Assembly: GCA_035495615.1 (NCBI GenBank)
Contig: DATJFP010000088.1
Span: forward strand, 41,763 to 105,762
Reading direction: 5' to 3'
Source of the DNA: Verrucomicrobiia bacterium
GTDB taxonomy: Bacteria; Omnitrophota; Omnitrophia; Omnitrophales; Aquincolibacteriaceae
Length of the DNA stretch: 64,000 nt
A model generated the notes under the pieces. The model did no database searches. It saw nothing but the letters and a program-made list of their open reading frames with translations, and was not told the DNA's origin. Shown in pieces: positions 12,301 to 27,300 of the stretch. Positions within the stretch are counted from its first letter, which is position 1. Each line of letters opens with the position of its first letter. The position numbers were made by a program, and so were the translations under genes.

Positions 12301-15300
12301 TTCGCATCCACGAACTGGTTCATGAGGCGTTCCCAGAGCGGCGCGACAAATTTCGGCGCAATGAGCGTGATCATGACCTGGAGGAAGATCGTGACGGCGT
12401 AAAGGGCGTAGAAGACTTCGGAAACGCCCGGGATCATGACGCTGATGAAGCCGATGAAGAGCAGCCGCTTCCAGATCGGCTCGCCGATGATGCCGCGCAT
12501 GACGAGGTTGTTCGGGTAGCGCGAGTATTCACTCGTGTTCCAGTGGCCGAGGAAACGCAGCGCCACGTTCGTCACGTCGAAACGTTTCCAGATGCTGACT
12601 TCGCGTTTGTGTTCGTCCGGGAAGTGCGCGGGCGTGCCTTCGGTGATCGGAACGTCGGTGAGCAGCGTGGCCGCGACCGGCAGCATGACGTTGCGCTCGG
12701 TGTCGGGCTCGGCTTCGTAGATGTTCGCGGACGATTCTTTTTCGTCGTGCGATTCCCAGATTTCCGGGTCCGCGGGATAGTCTTTCATCATTTCCGGGAT
12801 GAGGCCGTCCATGACGTCGGAACGCATGCCGAATTTACCGAACGCGCGGCCGCGTCCTTCGGTCGCGAACAGGACCACCTGGAAGAAACGCAGGGTGGCC
12901 TGGGCCACGCCCTTCAGGAAGGTGTACTGCGCGTCGCCCCAGTTCGAGTACTCGATCCACGGCTGGTACATTTTGTACTTCGCGTTGTTTTCCGAGTGCG
13001 ACATCTTCTGCACCGTGCGCAGCGCCGTATCGCGCGGCCACACGTTGTCTTTGTCCGAGATCAGGTGGTTCTTGATGCTGTTGACCGGGTCGCCGATGTT
13101 CAGCGGATTGCCGCGGTATTCGCCGTAATAGAGCTGGCCGTGGGCATTGCGGCGGAAGTAATCGCGGCCGGTCATGTCCGGCCCCGTGTCGCCGTGCGTG
13201 AGGTAGCGGTTCAGGTTGTAATACGACCACGGCTTTCTCACCTGCGACTGGCGCGGGAACACGTAGAACTTGTCTTTGCCGAAATCGCGCCACAACTCGT
13301 AGGCCAGGCGCGCCGTGCGCTGCTCGCGCGGGTCGCTGAGCGCGAGGAGGCGCGACATGTCGCCGTTGGCCGCGGCCCAGCCCGCGTCCAGGATGCGCTG
13401 GATCTGCGGCCACTGGCCGTCGGAAGTACCGCCGTCGAAAATGACGCGCATGTTGTGAAGCGGGTCCGGATCGTCCGGGTCCGCGGTGTCGAGAATGCCC
13501 TGCATGCTCTTGCGCGCGCTGTCCATCACGATATCGAGTTCGGTGATGCGCGCGACGTAGGTGATCGCGCTCTGGTCGATTTCTTTTTTGCCGACTTCAG
13601 GCAGCCCGCGCTCCATGCTGCCGAACGAGAACATCCAGGTCACGAGGCTGAAGCCCAGCGTGATGATGATGCGCAGAAGATAGAAGGTCGCGATCACGGA
13701 AAAGAGGTTGGCGCCCAGGATCAGGTAGCCGGAGAAAATGCCGCCCTTGATCAGCGTCAGCGCCGTGTCGATGACGAGCGGGTTCTGGCTGAACATGTAA
13801 CCGAACACGTACCACAGCGTGCCGAAGAGAATGCCGGAATGGAAGAGCTGCCAGAGCGTGGCCTTGCCGAACTTGCCCACGGAGGCCGGGACGTGCAGCG
13901 TGAACAGGTGCCAGCCGAAAATCGAGATCCTTCTTTCCACGTTCGGGCCCGGAAAGTCGTTGGTCCTGCCCCAGATCGACTGCGGGACCAGCAGGTCGAT
14001 GAGCGCGCCGGTAAGCGTCGGGATAAATCCCGCGGAAACCATTTCGCCCGCGAGCAGGATCGCCAGGCCATACACGATGGCGGCCAGCGGCAGGAAGGCG
14101 GGCAGCAGGAGTTGAATGATCAGGACCGCGGCGCCCGTGATGCCGATGATCGAAAATTTCGCGACCTGCGGCCGGTAATCCGCGTCGATGACCGAAAGCA
14201 GCCGGTAGGCCAGGAAGGCCGCGGACAACAGGCCTCCGAGCAGAAGGACAGCCGGCACCAGGAATTGCGCGGCGAAATAACCGATGAGGCCCAGTGTGAG
14301 CCCGGTGAGCACGCCCATGACCGTAAGGCGCTTGCCGATGTTCGCGTACGGATTATTTTTGGCGGCTTCGCGCCAGGCCACGCCCACGCGGTAGAACGGC
14401 TTGCGCAGCGTGGAAAGGCTGAAGAGCTGCATCACAAAGCGCGCGAGCACAAGCCCCAGGATGACCAGCGCATGCGTGGCCAGTGTCCCCGGCTTGTTCA
14501 GGTCGTACAGGCTGCGGAAAAAGCCCCAGACGCCCGAACGTTCTTCTTCGGGCAGGAAGCGCTGCAGGCGGCGTTCGATCTCCTGCCGGTGCGCTTTGTT
14601 GACGCTGCGCTCGGCATACGTAATGAAAAGTTCTTCGGCGTCCGAACGCATTTCCTCGCCCGGAGGCAGGTCGCCGCGGGTCTCGCGCAGCACCTGCAGG
14701 ATACCCACCCTGCGGCGCACGTCGCCGCGGATGTCCATCAGCAGCAGGAGTTCGGTCTGCGTGAGCGCGGGAATCGAGTCGGGAACCGTCGTCGGATCGG
14801 TCGCCTGCTGGAAGTAACGGCCCGGATAAAGAATGTTGATCTGGGCCTGGGCGCTCACGATGCGCAGACGCTGGTGCGCTTCCATCACGTCATCGACAAG
14901 CAGCCGGATGTCGTTGGGCAGGAGTTCGCCGCGGCGGATTCTGTCGACCAGCGCGGCCACGATGGCCGGGTCGGTCAACGAGCGGCCGCCGAGCCAGTAG
15001 CGGGCGCGGCCGAGATTCTCGGTATCCAGCCGCGAAAGCTGCTGGCTGACGATGCGCGTGAGCTGCTGGGTCACCATTTCGTTCAGTTCGCGGTCGGTCA
15101 CGTAAGGAGTCACGGGCCGCTCGGCCAGACCAATCTTCAGCCACACGTCCGCGAGATAAAGCGCGTGATCGATCGGGAATTCGTACCAGTGCATGGCGAC
15201 AATGGGATCGCGGTTGAAGTCCGCGAGATCGGCGCGGGCCCGCTGAAGCAGGACGCCGCCGACCGTCGGATCGACGAGCGATACCGCGATGGCCTGGGTA

Positions 15301-18300
15301 ACGGCCGCTTCCCGCTTCGCGCGTTCCTGCCGGATGATGAAATCCGCGGGATTGCGCTCGAAATCCGTGACCGCCCTCTGGGCCGCTTCGAGCTGGGGAC
15401 GCAGCGATGCGTCCGCGGCCGCGAGCGGCGTGAGACGCGTGACTTCGGCCTGAAGGCGCGTGCGTTCGGCATTGATGACCTGGATCGGAACGGTTTGATG
15501 GTTGTCCCGCGCGATCTGCCGCAGCCGCTGCGTGCTGAGCTGCTGAATTTCGCGCGCCATCCTTACCCACGCCAGCAAATCCTCGAGCCTGACGCCGGCG
15601 TTGCGGGTATTGTCCGCCATCCGGTAGGCCTGGTCGTCGGTGACCGGATAGCCGGCTTCGTTGAGCGCGGTCTGGAGCTGACGCGCGCTGTCGAGCACGA
15701 TCTGCAGGTCCTGCACGTCGCGCAGGATGACCGCGTCCACGCTGAAACCCAGGCGGTTGACGACCTGCTGGCGCTGATCGGGATCGGTGAATCCCCACGT
15801 GTCGTAAAGGCGCTGCGAAAAAGCAGTGATGCGCGAGCGGTGATAAAGCGGCAGGCGTTCCCGCGGGTCGCGGGGCAGGTTATAGACCTGGCGGTAGATG
15901 CGCTCCACCTCGTTCTGGATGGTGACGTATTGCATCACGACGTCGTCGACGGAGCGGCCCTGTTCGATCATGACGTTCACGTAGTAGCTGACGTCGAATT
16001 GACCGAGCGAAGCCGGGTAGCCGCGGTCGCGGATGTCGGGGCGCTGCAGGTAGCGCTGGTACGATTCCTGGATCTTCTGGGCTAAGGTTTCCGGAGTCTC
16101 TCCCGCCGGAATGCGGCCGCGCAGCGCCGTGCGCTGGTCCGCGCGCAATGTCCAAAGGTCGCGGACGGCCTGCGTTTCGCGGTAGGTTCTGTTGCGCAGA
16201 ACCTCCGCCTCGCGCTGACGCTGCGGCATGCGCGCAATCAAGTCGAGGAGCGGCCCGTTGGTGGAAAGGCGCGGCTCAAGCAGCAGGTTGAAAATTTCCC
16301 CGCGGCCCGGACGGACGTACTGCGAGACTTCCTGGTCCGGGCCGAATTGCAGGTACACCTGGTGGCCGAATCCCGAGGCAAAGGTCTGGTCCGCCATGCT
16401 GAGACGCGCGATGAGTTCGCGCTGCGCGGCCTCGCGGTAGTTCGGCGACAGCGCCTGGAATCCGGGCATCCGCATGATGCGCGTCCAGGCCGCGGACACG
16501 CGGTCGGTCGTGGCCTGGTCCGGCACTTCATGGAAGATGTTGGCCCAGGTCCACAGCAGGCGGCGCTCCATGTTGCCCTGCGGCCCGAGGTCGCGGTAGC
16601 TGGAGTCGCCGCGCGCCACGACTTCGAAGAAGCGCCGCATCTGGAAAATCTGCACGGGGTTCATGGGCTCGCTGGCGGCCCTGCCCTCGCCTTCGCGGCG
16701 GAAACGCTGCACGGCCGAGCTGATGTTGAGCGCGTCGATGAAGACGTGCAGGTATTCGTAAGAAGCCTTCTGGATGTTGAGCACGTCCTGGAAATATTCG
16801 ACGATCCACTGGCGGTCGCGGCCGAGCTCGTGCATGCGCACGACAAAACCGAGGCGCTGCCACGGGTCCATGACCGGGAACTGGTCGGCGGCCGCATCCC
16901 CGTAGGTGCGGCGGATTTCCTCGATGGCCAGCCTTTCCTGCTCCATGACGAAGCCGTCGTCGCGCAGGAGGCCGGCGATGATGTGGACGCTGGCTTCTTC
17001 GCTGTCGGAAACGATCCGGGAACGGACGAGCGTGATCCACGACGAGAGGTCGGCGAGTTCCAGGCGCTGGTGCACGCCGCCCTGGCGGTGATAGCGCATG
17101 TACACGGCCTGCAGCAGCATTTCCGTGCGGCCGCGGTCCATGAAGAACTGCCGCGCCTGGTCGATGTCCGCGAACTGGAATGGCTGGCCGGAAAGGCTGT
17201 AGCTGCGCATCTGGCCGCGCTGGTCGCGCAGGAACTGCGTGGCGAGCTGCACGGCGTCGCCGGGCAGCACCATTTGCTGGCTGAGACCTTCCCGAATGTC
17301 GCGGTCCGGATTGCCGAGGATCAGGTCGACCAGGCTGGGGTTTTCGGCGGAGCCTACCAGGTCGTCGTCGGTCACCCACGCCGGGCGCGGCGCGGTGCCG
17401 GCGCGCCAGGCCTGCAGCTCGGTGACCAGGCCGGGCCGCGTCGTGAAGCCGGAATCGTTCTGGGCCGAGAGGCGCCGGACGTTCTGGGCGAACTGGACGA
17501 GCTTGAAGAAATCCTCGATCGTGAAGCGGGTGCCGAGAAGCTGGGCGTAGGAGCGGTCCGTCCCCTCTTCGGGGATCTGATAAGTGCGGTAATAATAAAG
17601 GTAGAAGTACTTGACCTCACCGTCGGTCAGGCCGCCGTTGCCGCGTCCGGGCCAATGATCGCGCGCGGCGCTCTGGACGCGGAGAAGATCGGTCATGGTC
17701 TGCGTGATGTCCGCGGCCGGGAGGTCGATCCTGCGGTTGACTTCCTCGATCATGCGCACGCGGGAATCGAAAAGGCCCCACATGCGGCCGCGGTCGGCGG
17801 GGCTCATGGCGCGCAGCGCGGCGTCCGAAGCAAAAGGAGCGACCAGCGTGCCGAGGTTGATGCCCTGGTAATACTGCACCAGCTGCGGGCGCAGGTTGAA
17901 GATCATGTGCGCCAGATTGCGAGTATGCGCCGTGAACCGCTGCACGTCGGAAAGCGGCGCTCCCGTCGTCACGAAGTTCTCCTTGCGCGCTTCGATGGAC
18001 AGAAACGCGGTATAACCGATGAGGAAGTTCCAGCCGTCGTCCGAGCGGTAAAAGCTGTTCAGTCCCGTGATGGAAGCGCCGCGCGTGCGGGCCGCGGCCG
18101 CGTCGCCGGTATCGTTGAAGAGCTGCAGCTGCCCGACCGTGCGGTAGAAATCAAGGCGCGCGGACGGATTGGCGTCGATGGCGGGCAGGACGCGCAGGAC
18201 GTCGTCGACAATGCCGCTCGTCGCGCGCCAGCTCGCCTGGTAATCGACGAGATATTCCGTGCGGAACTGCACCCAGCCGAGCACCGCGCCGAGCGTGCGG

Positions 18301-21300
18301 GGATCGCTGGCAAAATTTTCACCGACCGTGAGCCGGTTGTCGCCGCGGCCTTCGAGGCGGAAATTCAGGAGCCGGTCGGCCTCGCGGAGAGCTTCGGCGC
18401 GGCGCGTCGGATCGCGGAACACCCACTGCAGCCGGGGAACGCGCAGGCGCACCTTTTCCATGTAACGCGTGAAGAGTTCGTCCCAATGCCGCTGGATCTG
18501 CGCGTTGTTCCAGCCCGGCTGGACGCGGGCTTCAAGCGCGGCGCCGGCAAGGAAACCGTTCAGGAGGCCGCTCGCCTGCTGGTCCGAGAAAAGACGGCGG
18601 TCGACGCGTCCGTCTTTGCCGATGTAACCGGTCAGGCGCGGCAGTTTGCCTTCGCCGAACGCGTCCGCGCCGAGAATCGCTTCATAGTACTGCTGGGCGT
18701 TGCGGAGCGCGGTGACGAGGCGGTCGTTGTTGGCGAGATAATAGTCGATCTGGCGCGTGCGCGATTCCGAAGCTTCCAGCGTCAGGGACGGCAGGCGCAG
18801 TTCAGGGCCGTCCGCGGTGGTCGGCGGAGGCGCGATCTGAGGCGCCCCTCCGAACGGCGCCCCTGCCCTCGCGGGCGGAGCGGCAACGACGCCGCGGACT
18901 TCGACGTCCGCGCCCGGCGGAATGCGGTTGGCCGTGCGCCAGGCGGAAAGCGCGTCGCGGTGCAGCATGGCGAAAGCGTCCAGCCGCGACCGTTCGCGCA
19001 AAAAGGCCATTTGCGATTCGCCCTGGCGGCCGATCAGGCCGTTCAGGCTCCTCAGGTGATTGGCCATCACGTACGTGCGTACGGCCGTGCCGCCGCCGTC
19101 CTGCGAATCAAAAGGCCCGTTGGGTCCCTGGCCCTGGAAATTGCGGATCCACGTGGCGACGGCTTCGGGATGCTGGCTCGCGAATGCCGCGACCGGCGTG
19201 ACGGTCAGATGGTCCATGCGCGGAGTGCCCGATTGCGAGCGGAACGCGCTGTTGCCCATGTTCGGATCGAAAGCGCCGAACGGACCGGAAACCGCGGACG
19301 GGCTGAAAACGCCAGGGCGCCCGTTCTGCCTTGCGTCGTCCATCATGGCGCGGAAATAATTGGCCTGCATTTCGCGGAATCCCGGAATGTTCATCTGCGC
19401 CCAGATCGGGGCGTTGTAGCTCATGCCGGACGCGCCGCCGGTGGATGTCGTCGCGACGCGCGCGGTCGAGCCTCCGGCGAAACGGTAATCCGAGGCCGTG
19501 AACGTGGGCGTCAGCCCCGTGAAAGCGCGCGAGTCGACGTCGAAGAGCGTCACGATGAGCGCGATGTCGGCGGAATCTTCGGCGAAAAGATCGGTGCGGA
19601 GATTCTCGCTCAGCGTGACGCGCTGAAGGTCCGCGCGCGGCATGAACGTCACGCGCGCCGAAGTGTGGAACAGGTGCCGGTCGCCGTTCAGCATGGCGCG
19701 GTAGCCTTCCCGCTGGGCGTTGATCGCCGCGATCGCCTGGTCGCGCAGGTCGGTCAATTCGCGCGGGATTTCTTCGCCCGCGGCGCGCAGGCGGGCGATT
19801 TCGCGGATCAGACTGCCGGCATAGCGCGCGAGCGACGCGGTGAGGTGGGCATTGTCGACGAACGAGATGTCGCCGCTTTGCGGGCGCGGGTCCGCGCGGT
19901 CGAGGTGAAGCCCGGGGATCAGCCCGTTCCAGCTCGACTGCGGGTTGCCCTGCAGGCGGACAAGCGTTTGCAAAATGAGCCGGGATTGCGCGGCCGCACG
20001 GGCGCGGTCTTCGGGCGCCACGCGGCTGTTCACGTCGCGCGCCTGGACGTGGCCGTAATATTCGAGAAGCGCGCCGATTTCGGTGGGCTGCGTGGTCTGA
20101 CGCGGCGCGGTCTGGTCCGGGCCGTAAACTGAATACGGGAAACCGGTCCTGGGATCGATGACCATGGAGCGGTCGCCGCTGCGGGCATCGAGGACGTCGT
20201 CGAACTGATCCACCAGTCGCTGCACGTCCGCGGCATCGGGAGCCGGTCCAGCCGGGCCTGCGGGTCCCGCGGGCCCCGTGTCCGTATCCATCTGTCCAAA
20301 GATCAACAAGACTAAAGGAAGCGCCATCATGCCGGCCGAGCCTGCATCCTGCACCGGCGGGCGGAGCGGCGCGAGAATCGGCGCGGCCCTGACGCCTGTC
20401 ATGGGATCCACGTCCACCTGGCGGGCGAGTTCGTGAATCGCGGCGGTCGTCAGTTCCGGCGGCATTTCCCGGCCGGAGTTGAGCACGCCGCGGAGCGCGA
20501 CGACTGAGGGTTTGATCGTGGAAACGTCTTCGCCGTTTTCTTCCATGCGGTCCGTGGCATGGGAGACGTTGCCCATCATGACGAGCGATTGGGCCCTGCC
20601 GAAATCGCGCAGGCGGTCTTCCGGCGCGCGCGCGTTGCGGGCCTGCGCCAGAACGCGTTCGGCGGCGTCCCGGTCTGCCCCCGCGTCCAGACGGTCGACG
20701 CTCGCGCTCATGGACTGATAAACCTGGATTTCCTTCGAGCTCCATCCGGACCGCGAGAGGTCGCCGACTTCGGTATGCACGCCGACGACGCCGAGAACAG
20801 TCGCGCTGAAGCGCATCACCGAGTCCGCCACCGTGATTCCGGTTTTGTCCTGAGCCCAGCCCAGGATGTCATGGCCGACGTTGATCGCGTGATGCTCGAC
20901 GAACGTGACGGGCGAAGCAACGGCGTTGGTGACGTCGACGTTATCGCCGCGGATCTGCGTGAAGACCCAGGAAGTGCCCTTGCCGATGTATTGCGCGAGG
21001 CCGTAATCGTGGACATTGCCCTGGGCGTCGGGATGACCGCCGGCCAGCACCGCGATTTCCGCGCCGACCGTCAGCATCATGCCGAAGGTACGGATGAATT
21101 GCAGCCAGAACTTTCCGGATGACAGGGTCCGGAACAAGCCAATGGCAGGCGCGTACGCGAAGCGCTGTGCGAGCGTCGGAATGATTACGGTCGGAGGCGC
21201 GCGGGGCGCGGCAGGCGGCACCGCCTCGACGGGCCGAGGTTCGTCGGCCATGCCGAGCAGCGCGCGAAGAACGCGCATTTCCGAGTCCACGCTGTAACGG

Positions 21301-24300
21301 ATGAACGGTTCGAGCGCTTCGAGCGAACGGTAGATGTCCGCCTTCTGTTCCGTGGAGATGCCGCTGTCGTCCTGCGACGCCTTCAGCATGAAATTCCGCA
21401 CCGCGCCGTAATCGAGCGATTCCAATCCTTTGAGCGCGGGCATCTGCGCGAGCAGGAGGCCGTCCAGGTACTGGTTCGAGAAGGACCGCGCGAAATTCGG
21501 AATCGTGAGGACCATGGACAGGAAAGCCGTATTAAGGAAGCCGGAAACCGTGAAGGCATGGACAAACGCCTGCACCGCGATGCCGATGATCGGAATGCCC
21601 GCCGTGCTGACCGTAAGATACGAGCCGACAAAACCCAGGAGGCTCGCGCCCGCGATGCCCGCGGGAAGGGCAAAGGAAATCAGGGCGAGGCCGAGCGCGC
21701 CGATGAGGGCCATCATGGTCCTCTTCTGGATGAATGTCAGGGCCGGGAAGACGAGCGGCTTCAAAATCAATTTTTGGACGACGCGGTAAACCGTGTTGTA
21801 CCAGCGATTGCCGTACTGGAGTCCGTTCAGGACGGACACCACCGGCTTCCAGCGCAGGAACAGGTGGTAAATCCCCTTCTCGGCCAGGCCGCCTTTGCGC
21901 CAGTCCGTGAACTGGCGGTCGTAACCCGCCTTGTTGGCGGCAAGCATGGCGCCGGCCAGCGCGTGGATCGACGAAGAACGGTCCATGGCTTCGACCGCGC
22001 TGATGATCGTATAGCCGCGGATCGTGAGCCCGCCGCGGAAAAATCCGAAAATGATCGCGCGGCGGAAATAACCGTAGAAGAACTGGTCCAGGAGGTGCGG
22101 GCCGGCCATGACAAACCAGCGCGCGATGCGGTATCCCCGGTACAGGAATCTGCCCCAGAACGTCTTGGGCTGCTCATCCGGGCCTTCGTGCGGCTGCTGG
22201 TCCGCGCGTTTGTAATGCGCTTCGAATTCTTTTTCAAGCTCCGAGTAGATGAACTGCCACTTCTTCACGTCCGGATCGTTGTAATCGAAGCCCGTGGCGC
22301 GCGCCAGGTCTTTCAAGTCTTCTTCCGAGTAGCCGAATTCCGCGCGGATGCGCAAAATGATCCGTTCCCGGTCCGGATTCACGCCGAGCTTGAGCATGCC
22401 CTGGATGTCGGGCGGCTTGCGCTCGTAGCGGCGAAGGACAGCCTGGATCGCGGTTTCGAGCGCGGCCGACTGCGTCCGCAGTTCCGCGCGCGGCATCGTC
22501 TCGTTGACGCGAAGGCCGGAACGCATGCCGGTAAAGATGCCCTGCAAAAATTCGCGGCGGCCGAAATCTCCGGCCTGGGCCATTTCAAGGGCGTTCTTGC
22601 CGAACCACAGCGCCCCCATGCCCATCCCCATGCCCTTCTTTTCCATGTTGCGTTCCTGCTCGAGGGTCTGCTCGTAAATCCTTTCGTATTCGTCGCGCCA
22701 GAAGCTGAAGTAAAGGCCCTGGTAATAGCTGTTGTCCGGAAGTTCGGCCTTGAACTGGTCGTACTCGGTCTGGAATTCGGGACGGACGAAAGAGCCGTCG
22801 GGGTTTTCGACATTCACGCCCTGCAGCGCTTTGAGGCGGCGGAAGGCGCGGCGCATGAAACGTTCGCGCAGGTCGGCGATGTCGGCGCGGCGTCCGATGC
22901 GGTTGATCGCGCGCACCATCTCCAGGCCTTCGCGCAGCACTTCGCCCACGTTACGGTCCCGCTGGTCGGAGCGGTAGCCGAGCGTCAAGATCGAGTTCAC
23001 GTAAGCGCGGACGCGCGGGTTCGAGTAATACATCTCCGGCGTGATGTTTTCCGGGATGTTCGGGTCGGTCGGGAAAAGCGTCCGGTAGAAGCCGCGCGAC
23101 AATTCACGGGCCCAGTCGAACGCGTGCTTGGTCTGCAGGGTGTCGTTCTGCGGGTTACGCAGTTCGAAAAGGAGCTGGCGGGGCTGCGTCGCGTCCGCGC
23201 GGTTGAAGCGCGTCGGATTCGCGGCGCCATCCGCGGGAACACGCGCGCGGCGGCCGTAGTCGATGAAAATGTCTTTCAGCAGCGCGACGCGGCCGAGTTC
23301 GTTGCGGTGGTCGGCTCTTGCCGCGGAGATGCGCTGGTTTCTCGCGGCCCCGTCGGCGCCCGTGATGAGCCGCGCCCTTTCGATGATGGCGTTCAGAAGC
23401 GCGCTCACTTCACCTTTGGTGATCTGCGGCAATTCGTCGAAGGACGGTTCGTCCGGCAGGACCGGCTGACGCAGCCCGAGCGCGCGGTTGCGGATGTTGG
23501 CCAGCGAAGCGACCGCGTTCAGCAGCTGGTTCAAATGGTTTTTCCCGCTCGAGGGATCCGTCTTGATCCTCTCGGGGTCGGCTTCGATGTAATCGACGGC
23601 CGCCTGCAGGCGTTTGCGGAAATTCACGACGGCGTCGCGGTTGTTGGTGTCCGCGGGCGTTTCGCGGATCACGTCCGCGGCCAGGGCGAGCAGCATGCCC
23701 ATGTTGAACGGCGCCGCTTCCATCTGTTCCTTGATGAGTTCGCGCTCCTTTTTCTTGGTGGGGTCGAGGCGCGGATTGCGTTCGACGCGCAGGACGCGTT
23801 CCTCTTCGGGAACATCCGACCAGTTCGTCCATTCTTCGTCGCCGCTTGTCCGCAGGCGGTAGATGTAGCGCTGGGCCAGCTCGTCGTTCTGCAATTCGTG
23901 CGCGATGCGCAGGTCGAGCTTCATCGTGTTGTAGTCGTAGCCGAGCGCCGAGAAATCTTCTTCGATCCTGGAGACGATCGACTGGTCGCGGAAATACGGG
24001 TCGGCGATGTTCAGCCTGCGGCCGTAAAGACGCTCGAGGTCCGGGAGCATCTCGCGGATGTTGCGCAGGCGGCCGTGGAAGAAGTCTTTGAACGCCTGCG
24101 TGACGCGGCGGTCCCCGCCCTCGCCTTCGAAAACCGGGATGTTCCGCTTGTCGGCGATCTCGCGCGTGCTGATCACCCACGCCATGCGCATGTTGACCCA
24201 GTACTGAAGAACCATCTGGCTCGTCCACTGCACCAGGTCGCCGCGCAGACGGCGCGTGACGCGGCGGACCCTTTCGTTGTTGCCGCTCAGGATGTCGAGC

Positions 24301-27300
24301 AGGTCTTTTTCGAGCAGGCCCGCCTCGCCCAGGATCGGAAAATACTGCGCGCCCTGGCTTTCGACGATGGCGAGCGCGGCTTCGAACGCGCGGCGGTCGC
24401 CGGCATTGCCGCGTTCGATCATGTCGAGCAGCTGAAGGGTTCTTCCGATTTCGGCCCCAAACGGATGCGGGAGCCTGCCGACACGGACGCGCTCGCGCAG
24501 CCACGCTTCCAGCGCGTTGTACTGGTTCTGCGCCTGGACGTTGTTGGGAATGAGCTGGCCGCCGCGGTCGATCGTAAAAATGGTCTGGGCATTGCCGGTC
24601 ATGAATTGCGGCACGTACAATTCGAAGAATTCGCGGCCGAAGACGTTTTCGTACATCTGAGCGAACCCGTCGTTGCTGATGTCGTACGGCGCCGGCCGTC
24701 CGTCGCGCGGCTGCTGGTCAGGAAGCTGGGCCCGGTAGAGGTCGAAGAAGTCCGCGTTGGTCTGGCGCAGGGCCGCGTCTCTTTCCGCCAGATTGCGGAT
24801 GTTTTTAGCGCGGCTGTATTCGGGGGTCAGGAACAGCATGTCCCCGAGTTTTTTGCTCATCTGGTTGTAAAGCGGCTCCTTGGTCTGGTCCACGCGCGCG
24901 GCGACAGGCTGCGGCGGCGGATACGGCGTGGCGACCCAGCCTTCGCTGAAATTGTACAGGCGCGGCTGGTCCTGACCGAGCTGTTCGAGCAGCGTCTTGA
25001 ACTGCTGTTCGTGCGGCTGCAGCGCGGTGGCTGTTGTGGGCGGCGGTGTCGCGCGCCCGCGGAACATGTGGAAGACCTGGCGCAGGCGCGTGATCTGCGA
25101 CTGGCCGGGTTCGCGGCCTATGGCTTCCAGGCCCGTGCGGTAATTCTGCTGAAGCTGCTGGTACGTCGTGGTGGTAAGCGTTTCGCGGCCCTGCGGCCCG
25201 AGGATCGTGAGATTCTGGCCCGACGTATTCCACACGATCACGGCGCGGTTTTCCGCGAGGCTGGAGATGAACGTGTCCCGATCGATGTAAGAATAAGCCG
25301 TCCTGGCAAGGTTGCCTGCGACGTTCAAAAGAAGGTTCGGCTTGAGCTGGTCTTTCAGCTGGTCCACGGCGGCCTTGAAGCCGATGGCCGCGTCGCGGGC
25401 GATCGCTTCTTCATCCTGCGGCTGGAAAAGCGTGAGGCCCAGGATGATTTCGGGCGAAGGCCGGATGTAAGGCACGTCGTTTCTCTGGAAGAGTTCGTAC
25501 TGGTTCGAGGCAATGATCTGCAGGGCCTTGTTGCGCGTCGGCGTGTCGTACAGCGAGTCGCGGGCGCCGCCGCGCACCCGCAGGGACGCGAGGCTGGCCA
25601 GCTTATAAGTATTAAGGAAGTCCAGGTCGTGGTTCGCGTACACCATCCGGGTCATGGCCACCCTGTAAGCTTCTTCGCGCAGGAAGTCGACGAGTGATTG
25701 TTCCGACTCGATGCGCGCGGCTTCCTGGGGCGCGCGGTAGTACACCGTCGAGGAACCCAGCTGCGCGGAATTGATGAACGTGGAATAACGCGTGACGCGC
25801 GGGGCGCCGTGCACGGCCAGGCTCCGGACCTGATAAGCCCGGTAGAACGTGTCCGCTCCCGACAGATGCCACCACGGCAGGAGCGCGGCGACCGGCGTTT
25901 CGGTGACTTCGGACATGATCACGTCGCGGATCCTCTGGGCCCTTTGCCCGGCGAGGTCTCTGACGGCTTCGCTCAGGATAAAGCCCATGTAGCTGGAGCG
26001 CGAAACCTTGGAAGCGAGGTTCAGGACTTCCCACTGCTGGTCGAGCTGGCCGCGCTCGTCCTTGTCGCTTTCCAGGTCACTCAGGAAGATCCGGCGGAAA
26101 GACTGGAAATCCGTTTCGTTCAGGCGGCGGAGAACCGTCCGCAGATTGCGGCCATCGCGCCCTTTGGCGGACGCGACCATCGACTGCAGGAGCAGGATGC
26201 GTCCCACGCGCTGGTTGCGCGTGATGTCCGTGGCATTGTCGGCGGAAAGGTTCATGCGGGCGAACAGGCCTTCGAATGTTTTCTTGAGCCAGTCGTATTC
26301 GTCGAAGCTGCGCGGATCGTTCCGGTGCAGCGCGGCCACTTTGTCCTGGTTGTCCGCTTCATGCCGCAGCAGGCGTGTACGCAATTGCCGGCTCTCGAGA
26401 CGGATGCGGTTGGCCGGAGCTCCGGTCACGCCGCTCGGAATCACGCCTAAAGCGCGGAGCAGGTTCTGTTCCGGGTTGCGGCCGTCTTCGTTGCGGAAGA
26501 CCGGGAAATTACGGATGGGGTCGATCGCGGTCGGATAGACCGACTTGTCATCGTCCAGGTAAAACTCCTTCAGGAACTGGCGGACGAGGTTGAGTTCGAT
26601 AAGATCCGCGGTCTGGGTGAAAGTATCGTCGGCCTCCACGGTGAAGCTCCGGCGGTTGTTCCCCTGCGTGATCCAGTGATTGACGCGTCCCGCCTCCGGC
26701 AGCGTGGGCATGTGGCTGACCTGGCGCACGGCCGTGGCTGTCACCGGCGTTTCCGGCGAGCGGTTGGCAAGGAATTGCTCGCGTGCCGTTTCCGGCTCAC
26801 GCCTCGGTTCCGGGCGCAAAAAGCCCAGGCCCGGCGGCGGCGGAAGAAGATCAAAACGCGGCATCAAAAGTTCCGGATCGATCTCCGGCAGCATGATGTC
26901 CGGCAGCGGAGGCGGCTCGATCGGGCGCGGACGAAGGAGTTCGTCGAGCGACGGATCGAATTCCAGCGGCGGCGCATTCGGGTCGATCGGGCCCGGGCGC
27001 AGCATGATGTCCGGATCAAAATCAAGGAGATCGGGTTCCACGTCTCCCGGCTGTCCCGGCGTGGGCGTTGCGGCCTGCTGGGCCGCGCGCTTGGCGCGCT
27101 CCTTATTCCAGATGTAGCCGCCCGCGATCACGGCCGCGACGCCCACGACGGCGCCCGCGATGATGATGTTGCGGCGGTTGACTCCCCGCTGGCGCTTGGC
27201 CGCGGCTTCGTCCGCCGCCTGCCTTTCCTTGGTCGATCGGGCCATGTACTCGAGCCCGTGCCGGATGGCTTCGATCTTGTCCGCGGCTTTGGGATGGATC

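Noticed and set aside
19108-20745. 545-aa minus-strand ORF, extremely R/P/G-rich. Similar cases are 23410..24504, 14890..15798, 10873..11802, 9670..10347, 4999..5739 and 3583..4203.
   Set aside because: These are off-register frames of a high-GC coding region (end coordinates 0 or 1 mod 3, never 2). Their low-complexity Arg/Pro/Gly composition is typical of out-of-frame reads.
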